Origin: Eledone cirrhosa
Lineage: Eukaryota
Direction of reading: 5' to 3'
NCBI GenBank assembly: GCA_964016885.1
Contig: OZ024740.1
Span: 226,610,001-226,674,000, forward strand
Length of the DNA stretch: 64,000 bases
Shown here: in pieces, positions 57,905 through 64,000 of the stretch
How the letters are laid out: each line of letters starts with the position of its first letter
Numbering within the stretch: position 1 is the first letter of the stretch
Translations under genes and position numbers: made by a program
The notes under the pieces: generated by a model
Told to the model about the DNA's origin: nothing
Database searches by the model: none
What the model saw: the letters and a program-made list of their open reading frames with translations, nothing else

Positions 57905-58930
57905 TATATATTTTTGTATATACAATTGTACACATATATATATCAAGTAAGAAGAAGAGACGTTTTTAGATTTTACACATCTATTTACTGTCTTACATTA
58001 CAGATATTATGCACATTTCAGAGGCATTAAAAAAACATTTTTTAATAGTTATTTAACACCATTAGTCTTGTGCTGAAAATGTGATCAATGTATATTATAT
58101 ATGTATATATGTATGCAAAAAGTAAACGGAAGCAACAAAGCATATAACACATTACATTTAAGATCATAATTTAAGTGAGATTTGACTTGTATATCGAGTT
58201 GGTTGAATGTGTGTGTGTGTGCATACATGTTTGTGTGCATGAAATACATTACATCTCAATGAAAAAAGATCGCTAAAATAAATGTAATTCAGAGAAGCAA
58301 TGGACTGTCTCAATCTACTGGGATGGTCAGTACTGTTTCTTGATTTTGGAAACTGCAGTAAGGGAACGTAGTGAAGCCTTCTAGTTTAGGTTGCTTAACT
58401 AAGACTCTATCCTTAGGGAAAGATGCTCATGAACTGTTCTTATTTTAGATTACTTTACTAGGATCTACCTGTCACTGTATATATATATATATATATATAT
58501 TTTTATATATATTTTTATATGAAGGCATGTGACCTAGTTGTCAGAGTGTTTAACTTATGATCATAATGAAATGAGTTTGATTCGGACTGGGTTGTTTGAT
58601 GTGTTCTTTAGAAAAACTCTTCATTCCAGTATACTCAGCAGTAGCTGGGGATCTAACTCTGTGATGGCCAAGTATCCTGCTCAGGGGAAAACTCACAGTC
58701 ACTTAATTGTCAAGGAAACTGAAATAAACACTGGTCTAATGAACCTTCAAGCTTAAGACAGACTTTAGATTTGTTTATACCAATACCTGAACACTGCCAT
58801 AAAACTCACTAACTAACTCTGTTCACTCTGAAATTGAATGTGCACTCAATTAACTGAACACTCATATCTCATTGAGCATGTGAGCTGTGGCTGGTGGTCA
58901 CTAAAATAAATTTGCTGACTTCCATAATAT

Positions 58931-59243
58931 ATCATCAACATCATCATCATCATCATCATTTTACATCCGCTTTTCCCCTGCTTGCAAGGGTGGGACGGGG
59001 ACTGATTCTGGCTTGATTTCTACAGCTGGATGCCCTTCCTAACACCAACCTCATTTACAGTGAGTGCTGGGTGCTTTTTTTCCATGGCGCCTCCACGACC
59101 ACTTTGCAGTGGAATGATAGGGACCCCAGTCCTATCATCTCATTTTTACAGCTGAGTAAACTGGAGCAATGTGAAATCACCCGGTCTGAGAATTGAACTC
59201 ACAACCTTTCGATTGCAAGGCCAATGCTTTAACCACTAAGCCA
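58931..59243 (-). mobile_element. SINE family A with internal deletion
   Basis: Lacks the AAAGTGTCTTGCTCAAGGAAACAACAC segment. Confidence 0.85.
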
Positions 59244-59349
59244 AGTATATATATATAATAATACAAGGACGATTTGTTAAGCCTTCATTACATTTATTGA
59301 TTGGTGATGCGTGTTTCACTACTGAACAGCTCAAGGTTTGATCTGTATG

Positions 59350-59380
<31 letters not shown>

Positions 59381-60564
59381 GCTGTGGGAGAAAAGTATTT
59401 CTCAGTTTTGTTGTACAGTTCAAATCTTGCCATGAATATGTTTCTTTGAGAGTTCACTCCCGCTGTCTATAGGGTTAATTAATCTTTTATTCAGCTGATT
59501 AGCATAATCTAAGCTATTTGATCTCTTGATCACACTTGCATGCAATAAATATGTAGCAATTGATTAACTGATAAACATATATATTGGTTCTAGATACATT
59601 GCTTATTCTTTTAGGGTAGTAAATGTAATATCATATTGGACATAGATTTGCATGATAAACCAGTTTAGAATAAACAATGTGCTGTGACAATAAATTTTGT
59701 TGCACAAGCTTAGTATATTCACAAAACTGACAACCTTTCATGTATTGGAAAGATATTTCTGTAGTCAACACAGATGAATAAGGCAGAGGTCATCGAGAGA
59801 ATCTGCTCTGTATATTTCGGAAAACATATTTTGTTTTTATTGGAACAAAGCAATAACCTAAATCTATGTTCAAAGACAGCAGAATGCATCACTGAATACC
59901 AGAATACATTATAGTAACATTGAAATATGAGTTTAACCTTTTAGTTACCAACCAAGCCAAAACTGGCTCTGGATATATGAAATAAAACCACCCATTTCAA
60001 AGGTTTTTCAATTTAAATTAAAATCTTCCAACATATTTTTTATATAAGAATAATACATTAAATTATTATCTTAGTAATGAAATAATTGATAATTTTAATA
60101 AATCTTTTGAAATTCTTCATTAATTAATTAAAATAGAATGTACTTCATTAGAAATGTGGTCATGAAACGGTTAAAGTAGTGATCTATAGATACATACATA
60201 TATGAACATGTGCGTAAAAAGGTATATATTATAACTATATTTTAGATTTACATGTATAAAATTCCTGATTAATCTCTACTGTCACTTTTATTCAGTATAA
60301 TTTTTTCAGTATAAAGTATCTTAAAGAAAGTTTAGTGTAAAGGAAAAGGATTATGTCTTGCGTGGTTTAGTGATTATATATGTATATATAGATAGATAGA
60401 TAGATATATATGTATTATATGTATAATTACATAATAAACAACACAATATAATTCTTTCAAGAAACTAGGTGATTCTAGCGAGGAACATCCAGTTCATTTG
60501 TTAGCCAAAATAATTATGTTTTAGATATAAATTTTGAAAATGTTAACACAGACACACACATATA

Positions 60565-60601
<37 letters not shown>

Positions 60602-60638
60602 GGAAGCACATATATATATATATATATATATATAGAGG

Positions 60639-60713
<75 letters not shown>

Positions 60714-60759
60714 AGCCACATATATATATATATGGAGGCACATATATATATATCTATAT

Positions 60760-61104
60760 GGAGGCACATGGCTTAGTGGTTAGAGCATTGGCCTTGCAAT
60801 CGAAAGGTTGTGAGTTTAATTCTCAGACCGGGTGATGTGTTGTTTCCTTGAGCAAGACACTTTATTTCACATTGCTCCAGTTTACTCAGCTGTAGAAATG
60901 AGATGATAGGGACTGGGGTCCATATCATTCCACTGCAAAGTGGTCATGGAGGTGCCACGGCAAAAAAGCACCCAGCACTCCCTGTAAATGAGGTTGGCGT
61001 TAGGAAGGGCATCCAGCTGTAGAAATCAAGCCAGAATCAGTTCCTGTCCCACCCTTGCAAGCAGGGAAAAGCGGACGTAAAATGAAATGATGATGATGAT
61101 GATG
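60760..61104 (+). mobile_element. SINE family A
   Basis: Full-length copy preceded by short head repeats. Confidence 0.9.
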
Positions 61105-61462
61105 TTATATGACTGGGGTTGTATATTGAATCATATATGAAATGTTAATATAAATACAGATCATTGTAGCTTTTCTATGAATGTTAAAAAGCCGTGATCA
61201 TATCAGTGCTATTCTAGGCAAAAAAGGTTCTGTATCCATCATCAGAGAAGCTCTCACCTTTCATTGCTAAAACCAAATAAGCTAGAAGGTTATAGTTGTT
61301 AATCTTATGAACATCAGTTAATGAATATCATTTGCATACAGAGCAAAAGCTGGTGGGCTCAAGATAATAAGTGGTAAAAATACTCGTTCCGACATAGTGT
61401 TTCTATCATGCTATGTCAGAACTTCACTACGATATATATATGTATATATACATATGTATATA

Positions 61463-61531
<69 letters not shown>

Positions 61532-61569
61532 TGTTGTAGCGACAAGCTAACAGTATTCCATAACATATA

Positions 61570-61622
<53 letters not shown>

Positions 61623-61833
61623 AGGGAGAGACAGGTATAATCCCAACCATGGCGTCAAGTGTGTTTGTGTGTCTGTTTGTATATGAATGAATATATAGGT
61701 ATATACATATCTAAAGATATACTAGTAAAGAGCTCTATTAGAGGGAGGATAATAACAGTATAGGAATTATAACATTCTACCTACCCCTCTCTCTCTCTCT
61801 CTATATATATATAAATATATATGTATATATGTA

Positions 61834-61880
<47 letters not shown>

Positions 61881-61881
61881 G

Positions 61882-62013
<132 letters not shown>

Positions 62014-62407
62014 TACATATCCATGCTAGCGTGGAAAATGGACGTTAAACGACGATGATGATGATGATGATATATATATATATATGTATGTATATATATA
62101 TATATATATATGACTATATATTCATCCATACTTACACAAATTTGGATTTACGTACATGAAAAAAGTACTCAATACATATAGTAAAGTATATTGGTTTGTT
62201 CAAAGCTGATATCACAGTACATGATTGATCCTTACTATATTGATCCAGGGTGTATACATATGCATACACTCAATATACTACAGGCAAACACTCACACTCA
62301 CATACAAGTAAACTGTGCACAAGTGTGCAGTACAATTTATAGAGAACGGAAACAGGAAATTTGGAATAGTGACGGAAGGAAACTTCAGTTTCTACTAAAT
62401 GAATACT

Positions 62408-62478
<71 letters not shown>

Positions 62479-62572
62479 TCATTTTATTATAGAAATGACT
62501 TCTGAGAAAGAGGGAGTGCGAGAGAAAGAAAAAACAAGTGTGTTACCTAGTTATATCTATATATTATATATT

Positions 62573-62640
<68 letters not shown>

Positions 62641-62677
62641 TTTTAAGTCCGCTTTGCCCTGCTTGCAAGGGTGGGAC

Positions 62678-62720
<43 letters not shown>

Positions 62721-62779
62721 CATGTATATATACACATATATATATATATATATACATACATATATATACACATACATGT

Positions 62780-62812
<33 letters not shown>

Positions 62813-62823
62813 CATGTATATAT

Positions 62824-62863
<40 letters not shown>

Positions 62864-62904
62864 GAAACATAAGTCAATTGCATGAACTCATAATCCTTTA
62901 TTTG

Positions 62905-62958
62905 CTGCTATATATATTTCGATGATAGCCATTGAATGGCTATGACCTCATCAGGCAG
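62905..62958 (-). ncRNA. Type I minimal hammerhead ribozyme
   Basis: Minus strand CTGC-CTGATGA-GGTCATAGCCAT-TCA-ATGGCTATCATC-GAAA-TATATA-TA-GCAG. Confidence 0.7.
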
Positions 62959-63002
62959 TTAGTCAGTTCTTAGATATACCAGCTCTGTGTTTATAGTGTA
63001 TA

Positions 63003-63070
<68 letters not shown>

Positions 63071-63128
63071 TTATACCTATTATAATTAACACACATATAT
63101 ATATATATATAAATATATATATATGTGT

Positions 63129-63517
63129 CTAAATACAAAGTAAAACCTACTACAGTCAGTAGGCATCTCTAACAAAATACACCCCCACCCCATCCACACC
63201 GCCCCTTTCAATGTAAAGTTATGTTGGTGCCACAACATCCAGGCCGAAACAAATGAGATCGTGTAGGTGTCACGTCAAAAAAACACACAGTTCACGCTGT
63301 AATCTGGCCGTGTAGGCAACACGGTAAAAACCTCCCAGCCCCACACTGTAAATGTGGTTGGTGTTAGGAAGGGCATCCAGCTGTAGAAAACCCGCCAGAT
63401 AGTCTTATGTGAGCAATCATAATCACTCTTGCCTCAAGTGGGAAAACCCCCGTCCAAACCCATGCGAGCGTAGAACACGGATGTTAAACGTTGATGATGA
63501 TGATGATGATGATGATG
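63129..63517 (+). mobile_element. RTE family B 3' UTR
   Basis: Reverse complement of 4113-4508. Confidence 0.85.
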
Positions 63518-63699
63518 TGTGTGCGGGTGTATATATATATATGTATATTAGGTGACATTCAAATTGAGTACGGCATATCAAAATTGAAAATTGCTGCCAG
63601 GTGATAATTAAAATCCCAGCTTCTAATTAACAATTTAATTAGGTGATATCTGCATGAAAATATATTTATATACAAGTTTATGCTAATTTATAGACATAG

Positions 63700-63940
63700 T
63701 ATGTGCGTGTGTGTATGAGTGTGTTTATGTGTTTGTCCTGAATTTCAGAATAGGTATACCATATATCTGTGTGTCGCAAAATGAGACTAAAAGAGTGTGT
63801 GTGTATGTGTGCATCTGTGTGTGTATGCTTGTTTGTATGTATGTGTATGAGTGTGTTTTTCTTGAATTTCAGAATAGGTATACCATATATCTGTGTGTCG
63901 TAAAAGGAGACTAAAAGAGTGTGTGTGTGTATGTGTGTTT
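63700..63940. repeat. ~120-bp tandem duplication
   Basis: GAATTTCAGAATAGGTATACCATATATCTGTGTGTCG occurs twice. Confidence 0.85.
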
Positions 63941-64000
63941 GTATGTATGTATGTAATCAAGTCACCCTCAAATCAAACATTGGTTAATATCATCATCATC

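Overview
AT-rich animal genomic DNA saturated with microsatellites ((TA)n, (CA)n, (GA)n, (TATG)n, (ATC)n, (GGT)n). The repeat content suggests a cephalopod such as Octopus (inference). Almost all listed ORFs are translations of simple repeats or SINEs and are not genes. Candidate exons are few: a HAUS7-like exon at the left edge (minus strand), two near-identical minus-strand ATG micro-exons in a CpG-rich patch near 41.7-42.0 kb, a GPCR TM7-like terminal exon at 13.1 kb, a signal-peptide exon at 25.2 kb, and weaker candidates. Interspersed repeats include two tRNA-derived SINE families, 5'-truncated RTE-clade LINE ends and small DNA-transposon MITEs. The most striking pattern is a set of unrelated short elements lodged in (TA)n tracts. 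They share fold-back (palindromic) structure, type I minimal hammerhead ribozymes with a palindromic stem III, and a TTGAGTRCT motif about 35-65 bp from the terminal (TA)n. This architecture fits non-autonomous or truncated Penelope-like retroelements. All structures were paired by eye, no database searches were run, and repeat boundaries are approximate.
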